Assembly (NCBI GenBank): GCA_046563655.1
Contig: CM102289.1
Span: 6,014,001-6,078,000, forward strand
Source of the DNA: Yuukianura sp. NJ FZ-2021
Taxonomy: Eukaryota
DNA: 64,000 nucleotides
Reading direction: 5' to 3'
This document shows positions 1-12,483 of this stretch, piece by piece. The notes under the pieces were generated by a model. It was not told the DNA's origin. It saw only the letters and a program-made list of their open reading frames with translations, and did not search any database. Made by a program: the position numbers and the translations under genes. Within the stretch, counting starts at the first letter, position 1; the number at the start of each line of letters is the position of its first letter.

Positions 1-2696
1 GAGGCATCTGGAACTCTTTGTGTTGTTTTGAAGTTAAGAATTCACGAGACATTTGAACTCTTTTCTAACACGTTGGCACTATTTAAAAAAACGAGTCGTA
101 GATGTGTTTAAAACAGAAATGACTAATGATGTGTTTTTCAAGTCACTCAAGTTTTTTAAAAATAGGGCTCGAAGAAGAAACGTTTTTTAACACGTTTTTT
201 TTTAAAAAAAAAACGGATATCTCTGTTTTGCTCGCTAGTTTTGTCGCTTGCGATTACAAAACTGAAAAACAAATCGGATCGATTTCTTCAAAAAAAATGT
301 CGTTTTTGGTGTTGATTGTATTGCTGGTGATGTCAAATAAAGCAGTGTACAAAACGTCAGTTTTTTTTTAAAACTGACTTTTGGAGAAAAACATAATGTC
401 AAAATTAGTACTTTTTGTTCCAAAAATCGATTTCTCACAGTTTCCAATCTTCAGCCGAAAACTAACGGCTTATTCGCCTAATTTGTTTTACTGGAGAGAT
501 CCAAATGACTTTTCAGTTGTCGCTGGAACAGACTGATTTATGATTTTGAGTTTTTTCTGACTTCTTTGGAAACTGCTTTTTCTAAGTTTCAGAAAAGCTG
601 TAAGACGATTTTTGAAATTAGAGTTTACATCGACTCTTCCTTTTTTTCAGTTAAAATGTCCTTGACGAATCGGATTCCACTTTTGGATCTTGTCTTGGAT
701 TTCGAGACAAAATCGGATTTAGTCTTTCTCTGTCCAAATTAGGCGAGTTTCTCAGAAGGACTTTCACCAACTGGCCTCCAATTCTGGAAACGGTTAGAGA
801 CAAAGACTTACATGGAAAATCGCTTTTCCACAACTTTCACCCGGCGGACGAACAGATTTGCAAAATTTTCTGTTCTGACAGAATGATTTGAATTCAAAGA
901 CGATTCGCTAGAAACATTCAAATGCAAGAATTTTGAAAAAGAAATGAGCTGGAACGGTCACTGTCAAGAATTTTTTTTAGACGCAAAAGACTTGGGAACC
1001 CAAGAATTTCTTCTTCCGTTTTTCTTCAATAAATTCTTCTAGGCTTTTACCAACTTTCACTCTAAATTTTTTTTCTCGACTTTAGTAGAAATCTTTGGCA
1101 GATTGAGATCTTATTGTATTCAAAATTTCGAAATTGTGCAATACAAAAGAGCGCGAAATGAAACCACCACTTCAGCTCAAAGTTCAACCAGAACTGGACG
1201 GGAAGGGAGTCGAAAATTCTCAAGTCGGCGCACCGCTCAGCACATTTTCCTAAGCTAAGAGGAAAGCCATGGCACTGGAGTCTGAATAGTTACTCCCTCT
1301 GCTACATCCCAGCATTTCACAACATTCAGAGGAGTCCTCGGATACTGAGCTTAGCATATCCCAGAGAAAAGAAAAAATTCGAACGTTTCCCGCACTTCTT
1401 TTATGCGCCCTTTTCTTCTTTGAGTGACTTGGACAAGTAACCCATCAACATAAAAATCCAATCGTCTTAAAACCGGATGGAATTACACTTTTACTTTCTC
1501 TTTTTTTAAATCTTCGTCCAAACCAGGCTCGATGTCTTTTTTTGATTTTTAATGTTATGTTACACCCAAAATTTGAATAGTATCCAGAAATGGTTCGAGG
1601 CAAAAGTTAAAATATGAAATTCTCAATGCTACACAATCGGAATTCGCACGTATGGAAAATGGAAATTGAAGAGGAAAAACGGCTATTCAGGAATTCATAA
1701 ATTCATGGACTCGGGGAAATTAGACATGGAGCAACCATTGAAAATGTTAGGAGAACGACTCCATTTTCCTCCGCAAAATGACTTTTGAGTGTTGCTATAA
1801 AATTTGAATAACATGCAGGCAAAGAGAGTTTTTTTTAGTGAAAGTATTATATGAATTGTAATTGAAAGGGCAGCACAGACAAGTGTGCAAAAGTGTAATT
1901 TTGCAAATTGAACACGATTTGTTCAAATTATTATTGCAACTTTGCAATAAAAGTGAAACCTAAGAGGGGAATCAATTGCTTGACTTTTCGTCGTCTGCTG
2001 CACTTTTACTTTCTTTTTGGATTTATTTCTGGTCAAAGTCATAAAAATTGTAAAGAAAGTCTTTTCCTTCTTACGCATCACATAAGTGTTAGTTGCTGTA
2101 ACAAAAGTTAGTAAACTGGGAAAAAAGTATAAGAAAGTTTCACACAAAAATAGTACTTTTTTGATTCATCGACTTTCTCCTTTCTTCATTTTTTGTGCCC
2201 CACGGGGAAATCGGATTTCAAAATTTTGTAAAATCACTCTTTCTATTGTTGAAAATTTCCCGTTTTCGGAAAGTTTGTCGTGATTTTGTATGTTTGTAGC
2301 ACAAATGAACATAAAATGGTTTCTGTCACCTTCATTCCAACTAACTTTGACTTTTGAGATTGAGTTTATTAATTGAGAATTGAAAGGTTGTGGTTTCGTG
2401 TTGACAAAAGAGCAGGGTTTAGGCTTCGGAAATGGAGCGAATGGCCCGGGAAATTTGGGGGGTTTGAATTTTGGCGCGCCCATCCTTTCTGTTACTTTTG
2501 AATTCCATCAATTTCTCATAATTCATATGGGAGTTGATTAATTACAGAAACTACTCACTCTTCCCTCTTGATTGACTTCCTTTCACAAAGTTCCCTTTGA
2601 CAGGAACCGTTTCAACCCCATTTCGAAACGTAACTTCAGTTTCTCCTAGGAATCGAACCTAACTTTAAGCTGACCGTAGGTTATATCCAGGCTTAC

Positions 2697-2783
2697 CTTT
2701 CGTGGAAGACAGCAACAAAACACCTTGAGGTGACCACATGAAAAATTACAGTTCAACACATTTCTTTCGAAAGAAAAATCCAT
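2697..2783 (-). CDS. Putative first coding exon (MDFSFERNVLNCNFSCGHLKVFCCCLPRK) of a minus-strand gene continuing leftwards, probably beyond the window
   Basis: ATG at 2783, 29 open codons, then a strong AAG|GTAAGC donor at 2696. Upstream there is a TTGCAG acceptor (~2915) preceded by TGACCTTTGACCT. No downstream exon was found, so the gene identity is unknown. Confidence 0.4.
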
Positions 2784-5700
2784 TGTCTCCACTTTTTTCT
2801 CACACTTCGAAGCTCACAAACAGTCGAGTCCAATTAACCTGTATTAGGAAACTAATCAACCCTGTCCTTGCGTCACCTTCCACACTTAAACCTAACTTCC
2901 TGTTGGTTTGGACACTGCAATGAGCAGTCATCAGCACAAAGGTCAAAGGTCACACTGTACTACGCAATTAGTACGATTCAGATCAAAGAAAACAAAAGAG
3001 AAAGTGACTTCCTCTTCCTGTACTTTTTTCTTTCACTAAGCATTTGATCAGACGGGCAATGAAAATCGTTCTTTTCCAATTTCGACGGCCTGCGACCGTA
3101 ATTATTTTCCTAGGTATTAATTTTTTTTTATTGTGTTTCATTAGTTCGGACTTGCGTGAAAGAGAGGGTAGGGAAAGGCGTAGAATGATCGCTCTCACGC
3201 GGGTTCTAACTTTCATGATTTTCTTTATTAATAATTTATTTAATACTAGAGTAATACTATTTTTATTATAATAATCCTAATGAAAATATATCTGTGTATA
3301 AACATACTAAAGTAAATTGTACCTATTCAACCTTCCGTGTTATTGTTTTCTAAATTGCTTTCACTGCTCCAGCCTTGATTACTTTCACCCGTGCTTCCCT
3401 TTTCTCCTGGCACAAATCCATGGGCAATGCTAAAGCCAAAGTTTTAGAAGGTGCCCAACAATGATGCTTTTTGGCGGGAAAGGGTATGAGTAGTGGAGAA
3501 AGTTGTGAGCATTTCAGAACGCGTTTACGATGTCATTTTCCAACTTCCATTTCATTTCATAATTAATAAGCAGGAGTGAGAGAGGGAAAATTCAAACTTT
3601 CACACGCTCTGGTTTAAGCTATAGGAAATTAGATCTCCACTTTTTAAAAACTTCCCTCCAAAAAGAATTTACACCAAACGTTAGTGCTTGGAAGTGTGAA
3701 GAATCGTGATTCTTTCTGCAAAAGGAGAAATGGAGCAAACTGCAATTCAAGTTTACACTAACTAGGCATATTACCTTTCTAAGTTAGAACGATGACGATG
3801 TGGAAAGAACTAACCTCTCTATGGATTCTGCTGCTGCTGGCTTGTGGTAAAGATAAAAATTTTGAAGTTTGGCGCTTCTCCTTCTCTCTTCCAATGTAAT
3901 TAAGCATTACTTTTAATAGCCTAATTTCAAATGGGGAGGGAGGGGAGCAAAGAGCGGCGGCGGCGGAAGGAAGTTGTTGGAAAACGGGTTCCCGCTCCCC
4001 CAAATTTTTGCTTCGTTCTGGCTAATGGACCAAATTTTCAGTTTTTGTCAATGGAGAAAGCTTTTGCTTCTTTTGACGGAGAAAGCACATTTTTCGTGAG
4101 TTAGAAAAAAAAGTGAAAGTAAGAAGCAGAAATAAGGCGTTGCTCACATTAATGAAATCTTTCAAGAAGAAAAACTAGAAGGGGAAAAGTAAGACGAGAA
4201 CAGAATAAAAATGATTTATGATTTTTTTTTCTCTGATATTTTTTCCTCTCTCTTCTTTGAGCGTTTCTTTTTTTTTTCAGAAAAGCGTCTGCGTCGTTTT
4301 TTGTTGTTGTGTTTCGAACTACGCGCTGGCTGTTTTTGTCTCAACGTGCCCCGTGCGTTTCGTAACTTCCGTCTGCCTTCATTTGGTTTTCATCTTGAGA
4401 CAACTGGAGAAAGTTCGTTTCGGAGAAAAAGGGAAGTGGACTTCATGAATAAGTAAGTCGAGAAGAAAAAATAAAACAAGAGCTGGGCATCAAAGAAACA
4501 AAGTAGAGCAACGAAAATATAAGCAGAGTTGGGCAACCGAAAGGAGAGAAAATCCGTCTTGACAAATGATTTAATTAGACAATATCATCTTCTCTGAAAG
4601 TAGAATTTTTTCATTTCATGAAGCCCGAGAAAGTGCTTTCCTCACTTTCTTTGAAAGAGAAAGTGCATCTTTTTCTGAAAGATCCGGAAGATTAAGGCGG
4701 GAAAGATCCTCATCTCACACTTTCATTTTTTTTTTTAAAAAAAATCTCCCGCCACGGCTGCTTCGCTCCCCTCCTCCCACTACTGGACTTAATGAAGTGA
4801 AAAAGTCCATTATTCCTAATTTCATTCACTCTCTCCCTCATCCAATTCCTGCAGTAACCTTATTCCTTTGGTTAGGTTAACAGCCTTTTACGGTTAGAGT
4901 CAGTTAACCTACTGCCGTTGAGTTAGGTTAACCTAACCATTAGATGTAGACATAGCCTAACATGTCTCCAACAGAAGTTCTGGAAAACCAATAAGTGAAA
5001 AGAGAAAGTCGAAAGTGGCAGACGTAGGGCTAATAATCTCACCACTTTCTCTTACTTTCTCCTGCATGGAAACCTTAGACGACAATTTAATTCAAATCAG
5101 AACTCAATTTCCACAAGAGTAAGAGCGGGAATGGATTTTCACTATTTTGAAATTGGAACTTCGGCAGAAAAAAATGGCACAAAAGTTTCAATTTTTTGGT
5201 AGCACAAAAGAGCTTTACTTTTTTTTCGAACGTCATTTTAAATTGGTTACTTAAAAATTCGCAAAGAAGAAAAGAATTGGCACATGCCTCCTTGTTCCTA
5301 TACGCATTTTCTTGTCTTTCTTGTGACAAGTGGATGATTTCACAAAGTCCTTTTCCAAGAACAAGACGCAGATAAGCAGGGAATGTGCGCGTAAAATTTT
5401 TTGGGAGACTTTTTGAAAAAGTTATGCGGTTTTCACTTTTTTTATGTGGAATTTCCGTTATTGGTAGCATTTGGTGGTGGTTTAGCCGGAAGACGCTAAC
5501 CAAAAGACCCAAATTGAGCTGTAGTGAGTTTGAACTATCCCGCCAAAAGACATTCCCTTTTGTTTTTGGGTCGTAAATGAGTCCATTTGTATTCCGGGAG
5601 TGTCCATGGAAGTTCTGGAAGGAGGACATGGGAAGGGGTATGATTTGGAATTGGCCATTCATAATAAACGACAGTGGAAGTCCTTCATGTCCTTCCACCA

Positions 5701-8700
5701 CTGAAATGATGAATTGAGGAGAGCCACCGGAATTTTTAGGACTTTTTCTCACTACTTTCACTGGAGCGCCAAGTTCAAAAGGGCAGCAGCTTAGGAAGTG
5801 GTGGCAAGACAAAAATCTTCGTGGGCGGCGGCGGGAAGAAGAAATAAATATGAAATGTTAGAGACATTTTCCCGCTTTTTGTTTTCCAAAGGGTGTGGAA
5901 CTTGTGGTTTCGGTTTTCGGATACCGGTTGTGCCCAACTGCTTTGTGCTATTTCAAAAATATTTACCAAAATCCCAGCACTAAAATTTCAAAAAATAAAA
6001 CGTGTTTGAAACATTGCCGACTGCTACAAATACGTTTAGTACTTTGACCCAGAAATATTTTCAATTTTTCACTTTTTTGTGCTTTTGTTTGCCAAATCAC
6101 TGTTTAAATATAAGCGACATATTTTGTACAAAAATTCTTGTTGTAATACTTATCTCGTTCTTTAATGTTGTTGTTACTGCGGGAGGAACAGGATACATGC
6201 AAGATTTACAACTAAAAGTTTCAGTACCGATATCGCGCATCTCGTACCGTTTCGGATTCCGTGTGAATGCAAACCTTGTACAGTGGACAAAGCGTGGTAA
6301 TACTGTAAGTGGGCCTGGACGCAGGATAAACGTCCATTGGTTCTCCATGACACTGGGCCATAAGCCGCTTATCCAAAGTCCATTAAATATTGCCCACTCT
6401 CCACCCTCGTCTCCTCAGACGGTCTTTATCGTCCAGCCTTATAATGCCCAGCAACTAAAGGATTCCACTGTGGTCAGCCCCACCACGACGGTGCCACCAG
6501 ATGGACACAAACCCACCATTAAGCACAAGAAAAAGGAGGAAGACAATCAAATAAAAATTTATCCTTGGCCCAAAGAAAAACATGTAAACCAAACCAAAAG
6601 GCTCCAAATTAGTCCATTTTAACAAACAGCCCCAAAATACTTTTGTTTTTCAAAAGTTTTCGAACAAAACAACAGTTCCCACGCCGGGCATTGTCCTATT
6701 TACTTCATTCTTTGTGTTGAACTCTATTCTTCTTTTCCTTTGTTTAGCGAAATTTTGTTAAGAAAAATGCACAAAGAATTTTTGCGAGTGTTCCCAATAA
6801 TGATTATTTTTTTAAATTAACCGTAAAGCAAAGCTCTTTAAGCAATTTTCAATGCTCGGATTGAAAAAAGCTAATTTCTTTTTTTAACTTTTAAATCCTA
6901 ACAAATTATGCTTTCAGTACTGTTGAACTCCTTGGCCGAATTTAAATGAAGGAGCTCCTGGCTGAGGTTAAGGATGAGCGGATTTGTTGAAAATGAAGGG
7001 TGGATTTGGATCAAAAGAAGTTGAGTACATTAGGGAAAGTGAAGGAGCCATTTTTTCTTTTTTAAAAAGCGGAGCTTTCTTTCTACCTTTGAGCCTGGCG
7101 GATAACGGTGTAAGACAGTACGGTTGCCCAACTCTGTCTTCATATGGCGACTAGAGACCTAATCCAAGTGACTGATCTCTGTCCGCCTGCAGGGAAAGGC
7201 CTAAGAATTCCCTTTCATCTTCCTACCTTCTCGCTTTACTTTTACTCCAAATGTCACCACATATACATACGCTTACTACTTTCTACTTTCCTTCAACTTA
7301 CCTCAAACACGCGTTTTGCGGTAGCCCTTACAGCAACCGCCAGTTCATTTCCAAGGTACTGCATTTCACATCTTTTACAGCATCACTAATGGCACGTGAC
7401 CTGATTTTTTAAAAATAAAATTCACTTAAATTCACACGTAAAGTCACCCGATTAAATTTTTCTGGAGAAAAAATTAGTAAAATTGCATCGCATGGACAAA
7501 AGAATTTTTTTTCTGAAATCCTCCCAAACCGGAACTTTTTTGATTTCATTTTTCTGAAACCCCGCAAATTGCATACTTTCTTTTTAATAATTTGCAGATC
7601 ACACACTACCAAATCACATACTTGAATGAATGACTTTTAGCGTGACCAATTGCTACTCAAGGGATTTGGGTCACCTAAGATCTGTTTTTGTTCGAGTGGT
7701 GCCCTCTTTTCAAAGAGTCGAAGTTAATTAGGAATTAAAATGGGCTCGGAAGAAAGTTGGAAGAAAGTGAAAGTGTTTTGGGAAGAAAGTGTTTAGGATT
7801 TAGTGTGTAAAGTTGTTCAGCACAGAAGATCCGGGAGAGGGATAAGAAACTTGAGACTTTCTTTGTTACTCTGGCACAAAGTCCCGAAGTTTTGGCGGGG
7901 GCCTCCAATGTCCTTCCTAATAAATCTCTTCCAAATTAGGAAGGACCAACCGCCATGAATTATCTCCCGGATCCCTCCACAAAGTCCATGGACCGAAAAG
8001 GCGGTGCACAACTCCAAGGGACCACCAAAGGGACTCCTCATGCCTTAACTTTCTTGTAGTATCGAACATCCCAACGATGGTAAGTTCTCACGTTCGACTT
8101 CTTTTTTTCTACAACCGAAAATAAAAGTTTATCTTTTCTAACGGGCTCTTTCTCTCCCGCGCCGTGTCTAGTCAGTCACCAGAAAATTTCTCGGGGCTTT
8201 AGATGCTCAAAACCTAGCGAACCGTGGTATAGTAGTGCACAAGTTTAGATGAGGGGGTCTCTGGGTGGGGATGGAGATAGAGAAAGTTTTAGTTGAAGCA
8301 ACGAGTTCTAATGAGCAGCGAAACTAAAATTGACCCACATTTCGAGAAAGTCTAAAATTCCTGGATAACCCACAGAAAGCCTGCACTTTCTGCGTACTTT
8401 CTCTTGTTCCTATTAGCAAGATGAGCCACGGAGCTGTAAAATCAAAGGGAAGGACTCCCAAGTGCCAAATTCACACCTCACAGTCATCAAACATTTAAAA
8501 CTGGAGCAGTTGAGTCCCTGGGGAAGCTTCAGACTTTCGTAGTTTGGGAAGAAGGCCAAAACCAAGGAAAGGGTTTGGAGAAGAAAAAACTTGTTTTTCT
8601 ACTTTTTCAAAGAAAAAGAGTAAAGAAAAGCCAGAAAAAGTTTTAGGTGAGGGAAACTTGAAAGATGGGCGGAGAAAGTCATTTGGGTTTTGAACCTCAA

Positions 8701-8976
8701 GTGCATTGTCCAGTCCTCCAACATCAAGATTCCATTATGAAACCACTTGAAACACTATGAGATCAGACCAATTTGCTTTTGTCTATGACAGAGAGCAAAC
8801 GCTATCATCATTAACATTTTTTGAAAGCAAAAGATACAAAGTTGGCAAAAAGTAGCTTCAAGTTTATTCAAATGATTCAAAAAATGATTGTGAAAACTTT
8901 GACTCAACAAACAATTATTGAAGTTGAAATAATTTTTCGAATGAAGGTCATCGGAAATATTTTGTTTGGTATAAAA

Positions 8977-9672
8977 CTAACGGTCTGAAAACATTGGCAT
9001 AGTGCAGAATTTGATTAAACCGTAGACAAGCCATGAAAAGAATTCGGTGACGAGAAGTTTGATCTGAATGCGGGCGACGATGATGAGTTGGGTCAAGATT
9101 GCTAGAACAAAATTGCAAATTCCGAGTGTACATTTACAGTTTGTTGGGAATGCGTTGGTGTCGAAGATACTGATGGAGTCCACTTCGTTCCAGAATTGTT
9201 CTCGGATAACGCCACAAGTACTGGACGTTGCATCCAGAAGAAGCAGAGTCAAGACAAATGGGAGAGTAATGCGCACCTGAAATCAATTGGGACGCAAGGT
9301 TTCGATTAAAATCTGAAACAAAATTTGAGAATTTCTTTTGAAATTCTGAATCTTACAAATTGACCTATCCCAAAATCTCTCCAAGGTTCAACAGACACAA
9401 AGAACCAGAAGTTATCCATCCAGCATTCAAGTGCAGCGTAGATGAGCGGCAAAGCCCGAATTCCAGTGAGAAGTAGGACCGAGTTGACACCGGAACATTG
9501 CAGAACGTAGATGAGCGCCGCTGAGCTGCAAACTATGAAAGACAAGCACGCAGTGTTGAAGAGCTCAAGTTCCTAAATCAAGATCAAAGGTCATTTGAGG
9601 GCATCTTGAACTAACCAAAATGAAATCATGTTGCTGAACACGACTAACCATTCGTGCTGGTAATGAGAACAT
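8977..9672 (-). CDS. Uncharacterised multi-pass membrane protein, tandem copy 1 (~179 aa)
   Basis: Exons 9672-9649, 9572-9357, 9276-8977; GT-AG phase-0 introns; open frame. Shares LTGIRALPLIYA and STCG-x4-QFW-x-EV-x3-SIFDTN-x4-NC-x-CT-x2-IC with copies 2 and 3. Confidence 0.8.
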
Positions 9673-10481
9673 GTTGACCTGTGTCGTATTTGAACATCGG
9701 ATTACATAGTAAAGTACCAAGTGAAACTCAAGTTTTTGACAAAAGGAAAATTTTGATTGAAAAGTTAAAAATTTCTAATTTCAGGGAAAATTTTGAGAGG
9801 AAAACTGTGATGCTTATCGTTGCATCTAAATTCTGCTGAACAAAATCAAGTTGAATTTTGAGTTCAACTGTTTTTTTTATTGTTGTTTCTTTTTTCAGCT
9901 TCAAACTCAATTCTTTTAGTGTGCCATTATTGTATGACAACCAAATTTGTAAATCCAATACCAAAATTGTTTTAATTTTCTTTAATGAGTTTCCAGATGG
10001 CTCTACTGTGCCAAATTTTTTTTTCTCCGAAAACAGGATTAAAGCACTTGGAAAATCCAGTAATATTTAATTCTATTTAATTTAACCTTAGGAAAACGCT
10101 TCGAAACAAAACCTTTATGAGATCAAACAACTTTTTTGTTCATGAGAAGGCAAAGCTGTCATTCATCGTTAGATTTTTTTGCAACAAAAACGAGGATAAA
10201 AATTAAAAACATTGTAAAAGGGCGACCTTTCATATGCTTTTTTAAATATAAGATTTTCCCAAATTGAAAAATGAATGAAATACCAAAATGAGAAACATTT
10301 TTAATGATATTAAATTAATAGTGAAAATATGTAGTGCCTTTGTAGTGACCATGTGCTTTTGACTTCAAATGAAAGGTAATACAATGAATTTTGACTAGTT
10401 CGTTAACGTTTTTAAGAAGCCAGGAAAATTGAGTTTAGAAATTGAATGTTGAAATTGACACGAAGTTGCCGGTTGATGCAT

Positions 10482-11141
10482 TCACCAATTCACCATCCGC
10501 TTAATCATGAGGATGCAGACGAGCCAGAAGAAAAGTTGGAGGACGAGCAATTGCCAGCGGATATGGCAGACGATGAGCAGTTGCGTCATGATTTCCATGA
10601 AGAATCTGCAGATTCTGTTGGTACATTGGCAGTTGAGTGGCGATCCGTTGGTGTCGAAGATGCTTAGCAACGCCACTTCCTTCCAGAACTGTTCTTGGTT
10701 AATGCCGCAAGTACTGTAGGCTTCAATCATACAGAACATGCTCAACACCCATGGGACGCTAATGCGCAGCTGAAATCAAGTAGAAAGTTTAGATTCAAGT
10801 TTGAAAACATAGATTGGAATTTTGAAACTTACAAATGCGGTTATCCCAAAATCCATCCAAGGTCCACTGAAGATTAAGAGCCAATTGTCCAAAACGACTT
10901 GGTATACAGCGTAGATGAGCGGCAAAGTTCGAATTCCGACGAAAAGAGGGGTTGAGTTGATACCCAACCACTGCAGAAAGTACACGAGTGCGGCCGAACC
11001 GCACACACAAGCGGACAAGGTCGCAGTGTCCCATAGCTCAACCACCTAAAAGGAGGTCAAATGTCATTCGGGATAACTTCAAACAGAGATGAAATCATAT
11101 TGCTGAAAAAAACTTACAACTCGTCCAACCCATGACGACAT
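10482..11141 (-). CDS. Uncharacterised multi-pass membrane protein, tandem copy 2 (~174 aa)
   Basis: Exons 11141-11118 (MSSWVGRV), 11045-10833, 10769-10482; same intron positions and phases as the paralogs. Confidence 0.8.
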
Positions 11142-11784
11142 CCTGAATCCTGATCTTTGTTTGGTGCGAGAACTGACCGAAAGTAAAATGTCAAGAGAAA
11201 CTCGAGCTTCTATCAAAAGAGGTTTGAAAGTGCAAGAATTCCGGATTTCAGAAAAGAGCTTGGAGAGTAAAAATTTCAATAATGAAGTGTCACAGTGTTT
11301 GTTTTTTTAAAAATCCTACTGAAAAAAGGCAACTTGAATTTCGAGTTCAATATTTTTTATTGATTTGTTTTTAGCTTTAAACAAAATTTGTGTAATGTCA
11401 AAACGTCATGAAAACCAAATTCGTAAAAATACAAGTAATTTAAATTTTCTTTTGTATGTTTCAAACCGTTTCCGTTGTGTATCGAAAAATGAATAATTTT
11501 TGAGAACAGGCTTGAGACTTTAGTAAGTCCATTGAAACAAAACCACTCTGCGATCAAACCAATCTACTTTTCTCCATAACAGATCAAGCGTTGTCATCAT
11601 TTGCATTTTCTGTTTAAAAAATAATGACCGAAAGTTTGAAAAAACGCGATATCTTGCAAATTTATTTTTCAAAGTGAGATTTTTTTTTGAAATTTTGATT
11701 CTACAGGAATAAACTTACCTACAACAAGTAAGTAATTGTTAGACAAAGTGAAAGTACATGTGAAATATTTTCTTTGACGTGAAA

Positions 11785-12483
11785 TTATCGTAACGGTGCA
11801 GTCATTGTGCGAAAAATGATAAAAAGGAAGACCACCCAAAAGAACAGTTGGAGCATGAGCATTTGGAACCGCAGGCGGCAAACTATGAGTAGTTGGGTCA
11901 ACGCTTCCAGAAAAAATTTGCAAATTTCGTTGGTACATTTGCAGTTGATTGTTGATCCATTGGTGTCGAAGATGCTGATCAACGCCACCTCCTTCCAGAA
12001 CTGTTCTTCGGTAAGGCCGCAAGTACTGTAGGCTTCCACGAGAAAGAAAAGGTTCAAGACATATGGGATGCTGATGCGCATCTAAAATCAATGATGCGAA
12101 GTTTTGATTAAATATATGAAACCAAAATTTATGATTTTTTGTTGAAATTTTCAAAAACTCACAAATGCAGTTAAGCCAAGATCGACGAAAGCTCCACCAG
12201 CAGTGTAGAACCAAGTGTCCATACAAATTTGATATGTTGCGTAGATGAGCGGCAAAGCCCGAATTCCAGTGAGAATTGGGATGGAGTTGACACCGAAACT
12301 CTGCAAAAGGTACACGAGTGCGGCTGAACCAACAACCCAAACAGACAATGTCGTAATGTCCCAAAGTTCAGTGACCTAAGAAGAAGTCAAAGGTCAAAGG
12401 TCATTCGAGGTCATTTTGACCTTAATGGAAACCCAATCTCGTTTCTGAACCAAACTTACGATTCTTCCTAAAGATGATGCCAT
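11785..12483 (-). CDS. Uncharacterised multi-pass membrane protein, tandem copy 3 (177 aa)
   Basis: Exons 12483-12460 (MASSLGRI), 12375-12163, 12081-11785; GT-AG introns; open frame; conserved Cys pattern. Confidence 0.8.
12384..12422. promoter_or_regulatory. Cluster of five AGGTCA/TGACCT-type half-sites (DR1, DR1, DR4, IR3) in intron 1 of copy 3
   Basis: Sequence reads aagtca-a-AGGTCA-a-AGGTCA-ttcg-AGGTCA-ttt-TGACCT. Function (nuclear-receptor element or splicing signal) is inferred only. Confidence 0.4.

Noticed and set aside
4445..4458. ATGAATAA|GTAAGT plus-strand start and donor (a similar one lies at ~8076)
   Set aside because: No compatible downstream exon was found, and the phase does not fit GBA exon 2.
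5087..5812. 241-aa minus-strand ORF
   Set aside because: Non-ATG start, Phe/Lys/Asn-rich composition driven by A/T runs, and no recognisable motif or splice partners.
6002..6622. 206-aa plus-strand ORF overlapping a GC-richer patch
   Set aside because: GTG start and no recognisable domain; may be a repeat fragment but this is unsupported.
7828..7973. 11-bp inverted repeat GATCCGGGAGA/TCTCCCGGATC
   Set aside because: No target-site duplication or second copy in the window; could be chance or a very old MITE.
11669..12364. 231-aa minus-strand ORF
   Set aside because: Off-frame read-through across the real exons and intron of tandem copy 3; not conserved in the paralogs.
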